Made by a program: the position numbers and the translations under genes
Assembly (NCBI GenBank): GCA_051439605.1
Contig: JBFRWN010000030.1
Span: 1 to 53,779 of the forward strand
Source of the DNA: Synechococcus sp.
Lineage (GTDB): Bacteria; Cyanobacteriota; Cyanobacteriia; Thermostichales; PCC-7336
Direction of reading: 5' to 3'
DNA: 53,779 bases
Part shown: piece after piece, positions 29,115 through 38,963 of the stretch
How the letters are laid out: each line of letters begins with the position of its first letter
Position numbering within the stretch: the stretch's first letter is position 1
Notes under the pieces: generated by a model
The model's database searches: none
Told to the model about the DNA's origin: nothing
Seen by the model: only the letters and a program-made list of their open reading frames with translations

Positions 29115-29915
29115 TTAGGCTTGCAACGCTTTGTCCCACTCCAGCTGATGAGCTAAACCGTACTTGATGAAATCTTCTGGTTTTGCTTTGTCACTTTTGC
29201 CAAATACCCCTAAGCAGTAGGGATTATCTTGCATGCGTTTTGCGACCAGATCCGTTTCAAATGCGATCGCCTGCTCTCTCGGCATCTCCGGTTTAAAGAA
29301 GTCAACGATCAGGACTGTTCGATCGCGATCGGTATAGTTATGCGGACAGTGGGGATAGCTGTGATCTAACACCATAAACTCCCCTTCCTGCCAATAGAGC
29401 TTGTCGTGACAGATTTTCATGGCCACATCTCCCTCTGGCACGATCAGTCCTAAGTAGCCTCGATTCATGTGAGGGTGATTGTTCACGTGCAGCTTGATGT
29501 CCAACCCCGGATGGTAGGTGCCGAAGTAGACATTTCTGAGAATGCGATCGTTAGCGGAGTTAACGTCGACGATCAACTCCGATAATTTCGGGTAATATTT
29601 CTGTCTTAATTTCAGCGCTCGTTGCGATGCATCGTTAGAGGTGTAATGGGGATATTGGATTTGATGGGCCAGGATGTATTCTTCAATAAAAACGCCCTGG
29701 AAAAGGATTCCAAAGGCGCTATATTTCCCTTTTTTCCTTGTCTTGAGAGTTTGACTTTTCGGCCCCAATACTTCATCAGCAAAAGTTAGCTCTTCGGCAG
29801 ATGCCGTTTCCGTGAATTGGGTAAACTCAGCCGCGATCGCTCGCCAATTATCGCGGAAGTGGTTGAGGAACGAAAATTGGGTCGGGTCTAGATTGTATTC
29901 GCTGTAATTTCCCAT
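29115..29915 (-). CDS. Aspartyl/asparaginyl beta-hydroxylase-domain protein (Fe/2OG-type fold)
   Basis: PGLDIKLH, YLGLIVP, WQEGEFMVLDHSYPH and RTVLIVDF motifs. Confidence 0.85.
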   Translation of the reverse strand: MGNYSEYNLDPTQFSFLNHFRDNWRAIAAEFTQFTETASAEELTFADEVLGPKSQTLKTRKKGKYSAFGILFQGVFIEEYILAHQIQYPHYTSNDASQRALKLRQKYYPKLSELIVDVNSANDRILRNVYFGTYHPGLDIKLHVNNHPHMNRGYLGLIVPEGDVAMKICHDKLYWQEGEFMVLDHSYPHCPHNYTDRDRTVLIVDFFKPEMPREQAIAFETDLVAKRMQDNPYCLGVFGKSDKAKPEDFIKYGLAHQLEWDKALQA

Positions 29916-30007
29916 TGCGGTCTCCTACTGATACCAGCAGCAAGATCGCGAGTCCCGCGATCGCCACTTTGCTTATAACCTCCATTTGAGATCGCCGCGA
30001 TGTCCCT

Positions 30008-31090
30008 CTAGTGCGAGTAAACCCGCACTGGAAGACACTTGCTCCCCCAAGTCCCCGGTTTGTCTTCGAAAACCCCTGGAATGAGATGATCGCAAAATCG
30101 GCAGCGATTGCCTATCAGGTTGTACTGCCCTAGTTCGTACCAGTCCCGCTCGACGAGCACGTTGTCACAGTTGGGACAGTAAGTGCTCTCCCGCTGCAGG
30201 TCGTGAACGTTGCCAATGTAAGCAAACTGGATACCGGCAGAGAGGGCGCGATCGCGAGCCCAATCCAGAGTCCGTTTCGGGGTGGGCGGGACATCCAGCA
30301 TCTTGTAGTCCGGATGGAATGCCGTGAAATGGACGGGCACATCCGTCCCGAGATTCTCCACAATCCAATCGCACATTGCCCCCACTTCCTCAGGAGAATC
30401 GTTCTCGCCAGGGATGAGCAAGTTTGTAATCTCTAACCAGACGTTCGTTTTCTGCTTGAGGTATTTGAGGGTGTCTAGAACCGGGGCCAGCCGCCCTTGG
30501 GCCAGCTTGCGGTAAAACCTGTCCGTAAAGCCTTTCAGGTCCACATTGGCGGCATCAATCCACCGATAGAACTCCCTGCGAGGCTCGGGGTTGATGAATC
30601 CGGCCGTAACCGCTACGGTGGCAATCCCCTCAGCTCGCGCAATCTTGGCGATATCGATCGCGTATTCGGCCCAAATGGTGGGGTCGTTGTACGTAAAGGC
30701 AATACTGCGACAGTTCGTTCGTTTGGCAGTCTCGACAATCGCTTCGGGGCTCGCTGGGGAAGCCAGCGTATCCATCGATTGGCTTTTGGAAATATCCCAG
30801 TTCTGACAGAACTTGCAGCCCAAGTTACAGCCCGCAGTTCCCAGGGACAGCACTGGGGTTCCTGGCAAGAAGTGATTCAGGGGTTTCTTCTCAATGGGGT
30901 CGATGCAGAATCCCGAACTGCGACCGTAGGTGGTCAGTTCCAGGCGATCGCCCACATTGGCCCGGACAAAACAAAACCCGCGATCGCCCTCCGCAATGCG
31001 GCAATTTCGGGGGCAAAGGGTGCAGATAACTTTGCCGGTTTTGAGGTCTTTGTGCCACCAGCGTGCGTGGGTGGGGGCGGCAAGTCCCAT
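30008..31090 (-). CDS. amrS: AmmeMemoRadiSam system radical SAM enzyme
   Basis: CTLCPRNC, DPIEKKPL.HF.PG, GCNLGCKFCQNWDIS and C-terminal CPNC motifs. Confidence 0.92.
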   Translation of the reverse strand: MGLAAPTHARWWHKDLKTGKVICTLCPRNCRIAEGDRGFCFVRANVGDRLELTTYGRSSGFCIDPIEKKPLNHFLPGTPVLSLGTAGCNLGCKFCQNWDISKSQSMDTLASPASPEAIVETAKRTNCRSIAFTYNDPTIWAEYAIDIAKIARAEGIATVAVTAGFINPEPRREFYRWIDAANVDLKGFTDRFYRKLAQGRLAPVLDTLKYLKQKTNVWLEITNLLIPGENDSPEEVGAMCDWIVENLGTDVPVHFTAFHPDYKMLDVPPTPKRTLDWARDRALSAGIQFAYIGNVHDLQRESTYCPNCDNVLVERDWYELGQYNLIGNRCRFCDHLIPGVFEDKPGTWGSKCLPVRVYSH

Positions 31091-31146
31091 ATTGACCGTC
31101 GTTGGACGACGAGAATGAAATCCCTTCTATTTTAACGTCCGATACT

Positions 31147-31239
31147 TATAGCTCTTGACATTTCAGCTAGGAAAGAAATCTTTGCCCAGCTGGAGATTGG
31201 GATAGCTGAAATGTCCTCGGCGACTTGACGGTCGCTATA
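31147..31239 (+). repeat. Dispersed ~95-bp MITE-like repeat family A
   Basis: TATAGC...GCTATA termini; perfect 13-bp internal IR GACATTTCAGCTA/TAGCTGAAATGTC. Confidence 0.88.
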
Positions 31240-33903
31240 TCACCGGCTTGATGCAGGAGGTTTGGCATATTTAACGAACTTGTGCCCCTCAATTGCCACC
31301 AACACAGACAGACTTAAGGTAAACAGCATTCCCCAGGTTTGAATCGTTACAGGCTCGGTGGAGAGTACCGTATTTCCAAGTGGTACGTGCATCATCATGA
31401 CGTGCACCAGAAAGGCCGTGACCATGCCTATCAGGAGAATTGGGCTGCGCAATGGTGATAGCTGAAACACTGATTTCGTTTCCGAACGGCAATTGCCAAT
31501 GTGGATATTCTCAAACAGCACCATCAACAATAACAGTGCATTTCGAGCTGAAGACTCGCTCTGCCCTACGTTTAGCATCCAATAGAAGGTCCCAAAACCC
31601 ACTCCGCCCATCACAGTCGCGGCGATCGCAGTGCGCTCGATCATCAGGCGGTTGAAGATGGGTTCGCGGGTCGATCTCGGTCTGCGGCTGAGGGCATCCC
31701 CTTCTCCGGACTCAAAGGCCAGAGCCACATCCTGAATTCCATTGGTTACCAAGTTGAGCCACAACAGTTGAGCAGGTAACAGGGGGAGAGGCAAGCCGCT
31801 TGCTACGGCCAACCCCAGCAAAACAATCTCAGCCGCTCCAGTAGAAACCAACAGGTAAATCACCTTGCGGATGTTGTCGTAGGCTATCCGCCCTTCTTCC
31901 ACCCCAGCAACAATAGTGGCGAAATTATCATCGGTGAGAATGAGTTCTGCCGCTTCGCGCGCCACATCCGTCCCGCTTTTGCCCATGGCTACCCCAATGT
32001 TGGCCGCCCGCAAGGCCGGGGCATCGTTGACTCCATCACCCGTGACAGCTACAAAGTGACCGGACTCCCTGACCGCATTCACCAACTGCAGCTTTTGGTG
32101 AGGAGCAATGCGGGCAAAGACACAGGTCGTCTTCATCACCTGTTGGATATCCCCCACCGATTGCCCTTCCAATTCCTGTCCGGTGACCACCTGACTCGCG
32201 TTCGTTGCCAGTCCCATATCGCGGGCGATCGCCAATGCTGTTGCTGGGTGATCCCCTGTCACCATCCACACGGCAATCCCGGCAGCCCGGCAAGCGGAGA
32301 TCGCCTCTTTCACCCCCGGCCTGAGGGGATCGATCATTCCCACAAATCCCAACAGAGTCAGATTTTCAGGTTCGGGAGGAACTTTCGTTGGCTCGAGTTC
32401 CGCAGGGGCCATGCCTTCTGCCAATGCCAACACCCGATAGCCCTGCTCCGCCATCTGTTGGACGATAGTCCAGGGGTAGGGGTCACCAGGCTGCAGATCG
32501 CACATCTCTAACAGCCGTTCCGGCGCCCCTTTAACCAGCACGTGCACTCGATCCCCGATCGTGTGATAGGTTGCGGCAAACTTGTGTTCCGGTTCAAAAG
32601 GAATTTCATTCACCTGCGGGTACAAATTCAAGGTGGTTTCGCGACTCCAGCCCAACTTGTGCGCCATTGCGAGCAACGCAACATCGGTAGGATCCCCCCG
32701 CCAAGTCCATCGATCGTTGCGATGGTGCAAATCCGCTTCGTTACAGAGAACCGAGGCCCGCGCAATCCGGTCCAACGGCAACCAATCTGGCGCAACGATT
32801 TGTCCCTCAAATAACACTTGTCCAACCGGGGCAAATCCCTCTCCCGTCACCTCAAATGAATCCCCATTCGGCAGGTAAATTTGACGCGCCGTCAGTTCGT
32901 TACAGGTTAAGGTGCCGGTCTTATCGCTGGCGATTAAGGTACAGCTTCCCAGCCCCTCCACAGCAGGTAGGCGGCGCACGATCGCCCCCCGTTGAGCCAT
33001 GCGATGGGTGGCAACTGCCAAAGCCACCGTTAATGCCACCGGCAGCCCTTCTGGAATTGCCGAAACCGCCAGGGCAACCCCAAACAGAAACATTTCGACC
33101 AGGCTGTATCCGTGTTTGAAAATGCCCAGTATTCCAATCCCTACCGCTGCCACCACAACCGACAGCGCAATCACCTGACTAAACTGGTCCATTCGCTTCA
33201 GTAACGGCGGGTTGCCTCCGACCGTCGCCATCATGTCCAGTGCCAATTGCCCAACCGCTGTTGCCGTTCCGGTTGCAACGACAACCCCTCTACCTCTCCC
33301 CCGCACGACTATTGACCCCGCATAGGCCATGTTCAGGCGGTCTGCCAAGGGTGTGGAGGCCTCCCCCAACCAACTTGCCTGTTTGAGAACGGTGAGGGAT
33401 TCTCCTGTCAACAGGGATTCATCAACTTCTAGATTATGGGTCCGAATCAGGCGCAAATCAGCCGGCACCCGATTGCCTGATTCCAGCCAAACGACATCCC
33501 CCGGTACAACTTCCTCCGCATCGATCTCGAAAACTTCCCCATCTCGCATCACTGCCGCGCGAATTTTCATCAGTTGTTGCAAAGCACGGCTGCTCCGCTC
33601 TGCGCGCCATTCCTGATATCCGCCAATGACTGCGTTGATGACTAATACGGCAAGGATAAATGCTGCATCCTTCACATCCCCAATGACAATGGATACCAAG
33701 GCTGCCAGCCCCAGGATGGAAATCAGCGGACTGCGGAACTGTCGCAACAGGATTTGCCAGTGACTGGGGGGAGCCTGGCGGGGCAGACGGTTGGCCCCCG
33801 CGCGATCGAGACGCCTCTTTGCTTCCGAACCCGTGAGTCCATTGGGATTTGCTTGGAGATCGCCAAAAATTGCTTCGACATTGATGGCGTGCCATGCCTG
33901 CAA
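31240..33903 (-). CDS. Cation-transporting P-type ATPase (type IIA, Ca2+-like)
   Basis: TGES, IPEGLP, DKTGTLT, KGAPE and TGDGVNDAPAL motifs. Confidence 0.96.
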   Translation of the reverse strand: MQAWHAINVEAIFGDLQANPNGLTGSEAKRRLDRAGANRLPRQAPPSHWQILLRQFRSPLISILGLAALVSIVIGDVKDAAFILAVLVINAVIGGYQEWRAERSSRALQQLMKIRAAVMRDGEVFEIDAEEVVPGDVVWLESGNRVPADLRLIRTHNLEVDESLLTGESLTVLKQASWLGEASTPLADRLNMAYAGSIVVRGRGRGVVVATGTATAVGQLALDMMATVGGNPPLLKRMDQFSQVIALSVVVAAVGIGILGIFKHGYSLVEMFLFGVALAVSAIPEGLPVALTVALAVATHRMAQRGAIVRRLPAVEGLGSCTLIASDKTGTLTCNELTARQIYLPNGDSFEVTGEGFAPVGQVLFEGQIVAPDWLPLDRIARASVLCNEADLHHRNDRWTWRGDPTDVALLAMAHKLGWSRETTLNLYPQVNEIPFEPEHKFAATYHTIGDRVHVLVKGAPERLLEMCDLQPGDPYPWTIVQQMAEQGYRVLALAEGMAPAELEPTKVPPEPENLTLLGFVGMIDPLRPGVKEAISACRAAGIAVWMVTGDHPATALAIARDMGLATNASQVVTGQELEGQSVGDIQQVMKTTCVFARIAPHQKLQLVNAVRESGHFVAVTGDGVNDAPALRAANIGVAMGKSGTDVAREAAELILTDDNFATIVAGVEEGRIAYDNIRKVIYLLVSTGAAEIVLLGLAVASGLPLPLLPAQLLWLNLVTNGIQDVALAFESGEGDALSRRPRSTREPIFNRLMIERTAIAATVMGGVGFGTFYWMLNVGQSESSARNALLLLMVLFENIHIGNCRSETKSVFQLSPLRSPILLIGMVTAFLVHVMMMHVPLGNTVLSTEPVTIQTWGMLFTLSLSVLVAIEGHKFVKYAKPPASSR

Positions 33904-34025
33904 ACTGGGAAGTTTTATGGGGACAGATTCCTAACGAGCAACTCGCAGGATCAGACTATCAAGTGCTGAGAGGAATGGCTTTCGATTATTCTCTGTGTCG
34001 TTGGTTTTGCCTACCCTCTAAACAC

Positions 34026-34727
34026 TTAATTTGGAACTGAGCAGGAACTCTCTGCCAAACGATATACAGATGGGGCGAGGCCCGACCAAAGTGGGGTGTT
34101 AACCCTAGCGATTCGAAGGCCATCGGCAGTCCAGTCGTTACAAGTGTGCAGGATGGAGTAGTGTCCCTCAGCATCATAAAAACTCCCCCAAGGGTTATGA
34201 CTCTCTTGAATCCGCAGGGGTAGGCCCTCAGAGTTTCGGGTAAAGCTAGACCGAATAAATTCGACAAGATTGAGATAATTGGTTTGGCTAAGATCGATCG
34301 GCTTCACGCGATAAGCACCACTACTTTTAGGTACAGCTCGATAGCCCTTCACGTGCAGGACAGAGCCCGAAGATCGAAATAACGCGTCCAGCCCAGCTGA
34401 CAGTCTGAAATCCGCCCAGGTGGGTGTGGACATATAGAAAGTGCGATCGCCCCAACCGAAACTGAGGTAGCGAAAACGCTCTCCATCTGCCCCAACCTCC
34501 ATCAGAGTTAAGAACTGCTGCCAGTCAAACCCAGGAGTACGGACCGGTAGAATCAGATTGGTGTGGATACGATCTCCCCCCACGTAAACTCTGACATCGC
34601 AACTGGGCTGAATGGAGTGCCCCCACTGGCGCGGAATAACTGCAGCAAGGGTTAACACCGTTGCGATGGCCAATACACTGACTACGAAGAAGCGAAATAC
34701 AAGTTGGAGAGTAGAATCGCTCTTCAC
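34026..34727 (-). CDS. TIGR02117/DUF2459-like protein
   Basis: IHTNLILP, FGWGDR.FY, FYDAEG.YS and TCNDWTA motifs; N-terminal TM/signal. Confidence 0.82.
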   Translation of the reverse strand: MKSDSTLQLVFRFFVVSVLAIATVLTLAAVIPRQWGHSIQPSCDVRVYVGGDRIHTNLILPVRTPGFDWQQFLTLMEVGADGERFRYLSFGWGDRTFYMSTPTWADFRLSAGLDALFRSSGSVLHVKGYRAVPKSSGAYRVKPIDLSQTNYLNLVEFIRSSFTRNSEGLPLRIQESHNPWGSFYDAEGHYSILHTCNDWTADGLRIARVNTPLWSGLAPSVYRLAESSCSVPN

Positions 34728-34989
34728 AGTGAGTCAATGCCCCTCAGACTGCTCGTCTTTCAGTCTTAACAAGTTCTAAAAGCCATGCAAGTTTAAAGAT
34801 CTAGGTTGTTGTTCCAAGAGCATCAAAACTACGCAGCATAGCCATTCTCAAAAAATTTACAGGTGCTAGAAACTCAGACCGCGAAGTCGTAGGGTTTATT
34901 GTTGAATTAGATTGAATTGAATCACCCCAGTTTAGGGTTGAGTGAACTTAAGACTGATACCCTTTAATACTCTGAAGAGGTTGTCCGAT

Positions 34990-35799
34990 ATGCTTGCTTC
35001 CATTCGAGAGTTTGAGGCCAGAGACTGGGTTAAAGTACGTAACTCTCTTGATGGCCAGCAAGCTGTATTGATTTGGACGGGGGCAATCTATTCGTTTATT
35101 CCAGAGGAAAAGAAACAGAAGCTGTTCAATATTGTGGGGATGAGCGTCAGCCGATGCATCGATCGCGGCAATGATAGTTGGGACTTTACTTCCCGAGAAC
35201 TAACTTACTACCTAGACCCAAAGACCAGCGAGATCCTGCATCGATGGCAAAATCCCTGGACAGGCGAGACCTTGCCTGTCATGCATGTGGCCAACAATCC
35301 CGTTCAAGGCCTATTTAAAGGGAAGTTTCCAGCCAAAGTGGATGGAGACATCACCACCTTTGCCTTCGATTTGTTTTCCCACTATCCCAACCCCTTGGGG
35401 GGGGATGAACGGTTTGCGGAATACAGCCCCAATCCCATTTATCAAGCAGTCGAACTCTTTAAATTGACGGTGCCCACCCAAGAGCTGCAGGAACCGGACC
35501 GAATGTCGGTGTCTAGCGTCATATTGGCTTGGGATCGCATTGGCCCTTGGGTGCCTTGGATGAAGATGGGGAATAAAGCAGGACAGCTTATCTATAGCGC
35601 CAGCGGGTCCAAGGTCGATCGCTTTTCCGACTGGCCCCAACTGCTTCAAGATGAAGTCACCCATCGCATCCCCCTCTTCAAAGAAGCTCCGCAAGAATTT
35701 AGGGAGGAACGAGAAGATATAACATCTTGGATATACTTCAAAAAGCACTTTGATGCCTATTTAGCAGGTGAACGATTCCCAATTCCAGAAGTCGATTAA
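34990..35799 (+). CDS. DUF1838-like protein, paralog 1
   Basis: KLFNIVGM, SRELTYYLDP, PVMHVAN and PWVPWMKMG motifs; clear homology to 37501-38313. Confidence 0.82.
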   Translation: MLASIREFEARDWVKVRNSLDGQQAVLIWTGAIYSFIPEEKKQKLFNIVGMSVSRCIDRGNDSWDFTSRELTYYLDPKTSEILHRWQNPWTGETLPVMHVANNPVQGLFKGKFPAKVDGDITTFAFDLFSHYPNPLGGDERFAEYSPNPIYQAVELFKLTVPTQELQEPDRMSVSSVILAWDRIGPWVPWMKMGNKAGQLIYSASGSKVDRFSDWPQLLQDEVTHRIPLFKEAPQEFREEREDITSWIYFKKHFDAYLAGERFPIPEVD

Positions 35800-35808
35800 G
35801 ACTCGAAG

Positions 35809-36837
35809 CTACCCTTCGAGCAACGTCCAAAAATACCCGTCGGGGGCAACAAAAGAAAAACTGCGTTCGCCAAATTCGTTACTGACAATATCAGTCACAT
35901 CTCGGGCCTCACTTGCACTCACTCGATCGAAATAGGTATCGATACTGCCAACGCGATAGGTATAGAGCGATAACCCCAAACATCCCGGTCGAGAGCTTTC
36001 ATGCCGATCGGCTAATGGGATGGAATCCGGAAAGCGCACGATGTACAGCCTGCCCGAGCGTGCCGCCTGAAAGTCGGATGTGGAGGATCGCGGATCGTCA
36101 AAGGCGGTCACAACGATCTGTTCGCCGGGTTGAAGGTCGAAGAATTGTCTAGCCGCTGCGGAACTGTCGTAGGTGGTGATGGCATCGTCGCGGACGCGCA
36201 GCAATCCTAAAACGCGATCGTAAAACTGCAGAGATTCTTTGCTGTCATCTTGAAAGATCGCCCCCATGTGGGTAATCTGACTGGACTTCAAGAGGGAACT
36301 TGGGGCGATCGCGCCGTAGTGGGGCATCGTGTAATTGAAGCGTTCGAATAAGACCTGTCTCGTCAGGGGCTGCAACATCATCATTTCTCGCACCCCCACT
36401 GCAGGATCGACGAAGGGGGTTGTTTTCCCCTCCCGCTTATAAATCACCTCCCAATAGGACTGGGTGTACCGGATGGGATGGTCAGTAGCTGCGGCCTCTT
36501 CAGCATGGTTCAACACGTTCAACACATCATCCGTTAATGATGTCGCCCAGCGATTGCCTTTGACCTTCATCGAGTCCATCCCCAGACCTTCGTTGACTGG
36601 TTCATTCCAAACCATCAGGCGAATCAGGCCGTGATCGGCATTTTGATGAAACAGTCGAATCGATCGCAGTGGCGAGTTGACATCGTACAGCTTGGTGGCC
36701 GCGTCGCTAGCGAGGTTCCCCACCTGTCCGATGCGATAGCCAAACTGCTCCCAATACTGAATCTGCGGGATGGGCTCCCGCACACCGATACAGACTTCAT
36801 AGATGCCTGTGATGGAGGGAGCTTGCAGTGAAGTCAT
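35809..36837 (-). CDS. VOC (glyoxalase/dioxygenase superfamily) protein
   Basis: YEVCIGV...YWEQFGY, FYDRVLGL and C-terminal NEFGERSFSFVAPDGYFW VOC modules. Confidence 0.82.
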   Translation of the reverse strand: MTSLQAPSITGIYEVCIGVREPIPQIQYWEQFGYRIGQVGNLASDAATKLYDVNSPLRSIRLFHQNADHGLIRLMVWNEPVNEGLGMDSMKVKGNRWATSLTDDVLNVLNHAEEAAATDHPIRYTQSYWEVIYKREGKTTPFVDPAVGVREMMMLQPLTRQVLFERFNYTMPHYGAIAPSSLLKSSQITHMGAIFQDDSKESLQFYDRVLGLLRVRDDAITTYDSSAAARQFFDLQPGEQIVVTAFDDPRSSTSDFQAARSGRLYIVRFPDSIPLADRHESSRPGCLGLSLYTYRVGSIDTYFDRVSASEARDVTDIVSNEFGERSFSFVAPDGYFWTLLEG

Positions 36838-36909
36838 ATCGCGATCGCCTCGCAGGAGAAATCGTTTTAGTCAGTGGCAGGAAAAACTGCCATGGGGGCA
36901 ATCGTATTC

Positions 36910-37302
36910 CTAATTCGACTTGCCATCGCTGCCCATATACTCTCGATACGCGACAATCTTGTCACCCCGAATATCGAAGGACACGGCAATCCGATTTTTG
37001 TAGGGCTCCCCCCACATCTGTCCTTCGTCCCGAAACTCGAAGACCACGGTGCTTTCATTACTGGTGACCCGGTCCAGAGTCAAGGAAAGTCCGGGACTGA
37101 AGGTTTCCGTAACGTAGTCGAAGAATTCGACCGCGCGTTCTTTGCCCACGTTTAAACCGTGGAATTTCCCAATTGGAAACCAGAAGGTGAAATCGTCAGC
37201 CAGCATATCCACAAACGGCTGCCACTCACCTGTCGCTAAGGCATGGGTAAAGTGCTTGAACGCGAGCTGGCCGACTTTTAAAGTCTGTGCATTAGTCGGC
37301 AT
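36910..37302 (-). CDS. NTF2-like/SnoaL-like protein
   Basis: MLADDFTFWFP, TVVFEF and FDIRGDKIVAYREY motifs. Confidence 0.88.
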   Translation of the reverse strand: MPTNAQTLKVGQLAFKHFTHALATGEWQPFVDMLADDFTFWFPIGKFHGLNVGKERAVEFFDYVTETFSPGLSLTLDRVTSNESTVVFEFRDEGQMWGEPYKNRIAVSFDIRGDKIVAYREYMGSDGKSN

Positions 37303-37500
37303 AGCAACAATCTCCCAAGCAGAGTCAGGATTAGCCTCCCACAGTTCGTTCGCCTAACGGCGATCTCGAAAGGCTCATCCCATTAGGTCCAGATTACAGA
37401 ATTCTTTTGAGAGGCGATCTTCTGGCTGCAACCCTGACCGTTGCCATCAGTCTGCGATTGTCCCGGAATGACTGCGCTATCCTCGAACTTGCCAGGATGA

Positions 37501-38313
37501 ATGGAGGTCTCAATGCAGGACTATTCAGAGGACTACGAATACAGCAGCTTGGACTTCTACAGAAAGAATCACGGCAGACAGCTTTACTACAACTGGTCTG
37601 GGGACATCTGGTGGACCAAAGAACCCGGTCAGCCGAAAGAAAAGCTTTTCTCGATTATCGGCATGAATGCCACCAAGGTACTGATTAAGACCGATCCCGA
37701 AGACGGGGAAGTCGGGTATCGGCTGAATCGGGAAATTGGCTTATTTTGCGATCCGATCACTCAGGAAGTCTTGCACTATTGGCAGCCTGAAGCTGGCAAG
37801 TCGGAAGTGCCAGTTGTCCATATCGCAAACCGCATGGTGCAGGGATCGCTGAAAGAGCAAACCATCGTCATTCCCAAAGGACAGGGATACGTGACCAAAG
37901 TCAAAGAATTTGCTTTGGAGTACCCTCACCCTTTGGCAAAGGACAGCAAATATAGAGATTATTGCCCCGGCGAGGTTTTCAAAGGAGTTGAGTATTTCAC
38001 TTCGAGTTTTGTTCGACCGGGCGTAACTACAGCTCCCCCAGCGCTGTGGGCTCGCGATTGCCCTTGGATGCCTTGGATGAAGATGGGTTACCAGTATCCA
38101 GCTAGATTGAGGTACGAAACAACAATCGCCAGGGTAGATTCGTTTGAGCAGCTTCATCCCACGTTAGTTGCGCTAGTCAGGGAGAGGTTGCCCATTTACG
38201 AGTTCACACCCGAGAAGTGCGACGAGCCGAATATGACCAGCATTTTGTATTTTAAGAAGCACTTTGAGGCTTATTTAAAGGGGGAAATCTTTCCGATGAA
38301 GGAAACTGCTTGA
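37501..38313 (+). CDS. DUF1838-like protein, paralog 2
   Basis: KLFSIIGM, NREIGLFCDP, PVVHIAN, PWMPWMKMG and YFKKHF motifs; start may be the ATG at 37513. Confidence 0.82.
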   Translation: MEVSMQDYSEDYEYSSLDFYRKNHGRQLYYNWSGDIWWTKEPGQPKEKLFSIIGMNATKVLIKTDPEDGEVGYRLNREIGLFCDPITQEVLHYWQPEAGKSEVPVVHIANRMVQGSLKEQTIVIPKGQGYVTKVKEFALEYPHPLAKDSKYRDYCPGEVFKGVEYFTSSFVRPGVTTAPPALWARDCPWMPWMKMGYQYPARLRYETTIARVDSFEQLHPTLVALVRERLPIYEFTPEKCDEPNMTSILYFKKHFEAYLKGEIFPMKETA

Positions 38314-38454
38314 GCAAGTAGACTATCTCAGCGTCCTTCTGCACTCTCTTTAATTTGAACCCTAGTATCGACTTACTGGAGTTTTGACCGGACGTTAGTT
38401 AAAACTCCAGCACTAACCTCTGTCCAGTGCCAAGAACCGATACAGAGGCCAGAC

Positions 38455-38496
38455 TTTAATAATTCCTTAACCTTTTAGGTGATGGGACCTTAACAA
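38455..38496 (+). promoter_or_regulatory. Possible Pho-box-like repeats
   Basis: TTTAATAA (38455) and CTTAACCT (38466) 11 bp apart, plus CTTAACAA (38489). Confidence 0.3.
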
Positions 38497-38775
38497 TGAA
38501 TGGGTAAAATTGTATCACCAGATACAGATCGGCAAAGGTGTAATGATGAAGCGCTTTATTCCCCCAGAGATTTTGCCCTGGAGCAGCCGACTTAATGGCA
38601 AGCGTCAGTGGCTTAAATCCCGACGCACAGGCAAATTGAGTTCTGCAAAATCCTCTTATGGGGTCTTAGGGGGGCAACAGCTCACTAAGCATTAGTCAAC
38701 TGCGCTACTTCTATTTCCGGTTTCCGAATTTCATTGCATTCCAATCTTTCCATTTAAATTGTTAGAGGTGAAGTC

Positions 38776-38928
38776 ATGGCTCACGGAGCTGCCATCGATA
38801 TGGCAATCAGAGATTATTATGCTGAGGACATGCTAAGACTCAGCCAAAAGCACAAAAAAGAGAAGCGACTCGATCGCACCATCGATCGATTGCGTGCTCA
38901 CGTCAAAGTCACCCACGAAAAGCATTAG
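38776..38928 (+). CDS. Small basic protein (50 aa), unannotated
   Basis: MAHGAAIDMAIRDYYAEDMLRLSQKHKKEKRLDRTIDRLRAHVKVTHEKH; GAGGTG SD; terminator follows. Confidence 0.65.
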   Translation: MAHGAAIDMAIRDYYAEDMLRLSQKHKKEKRLDRTIDRLRAHVKVTHEKH

Positions 38929-38963
38929 GGCCAAGTGCCACAGGCTTTTGCCCCGATCGTACC

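Noticed and set aside
38510..38695. 61-aa ORF after the Pho-like box
   Set aside because: No clear SD or recognisable motif; insufficient support as a CDS
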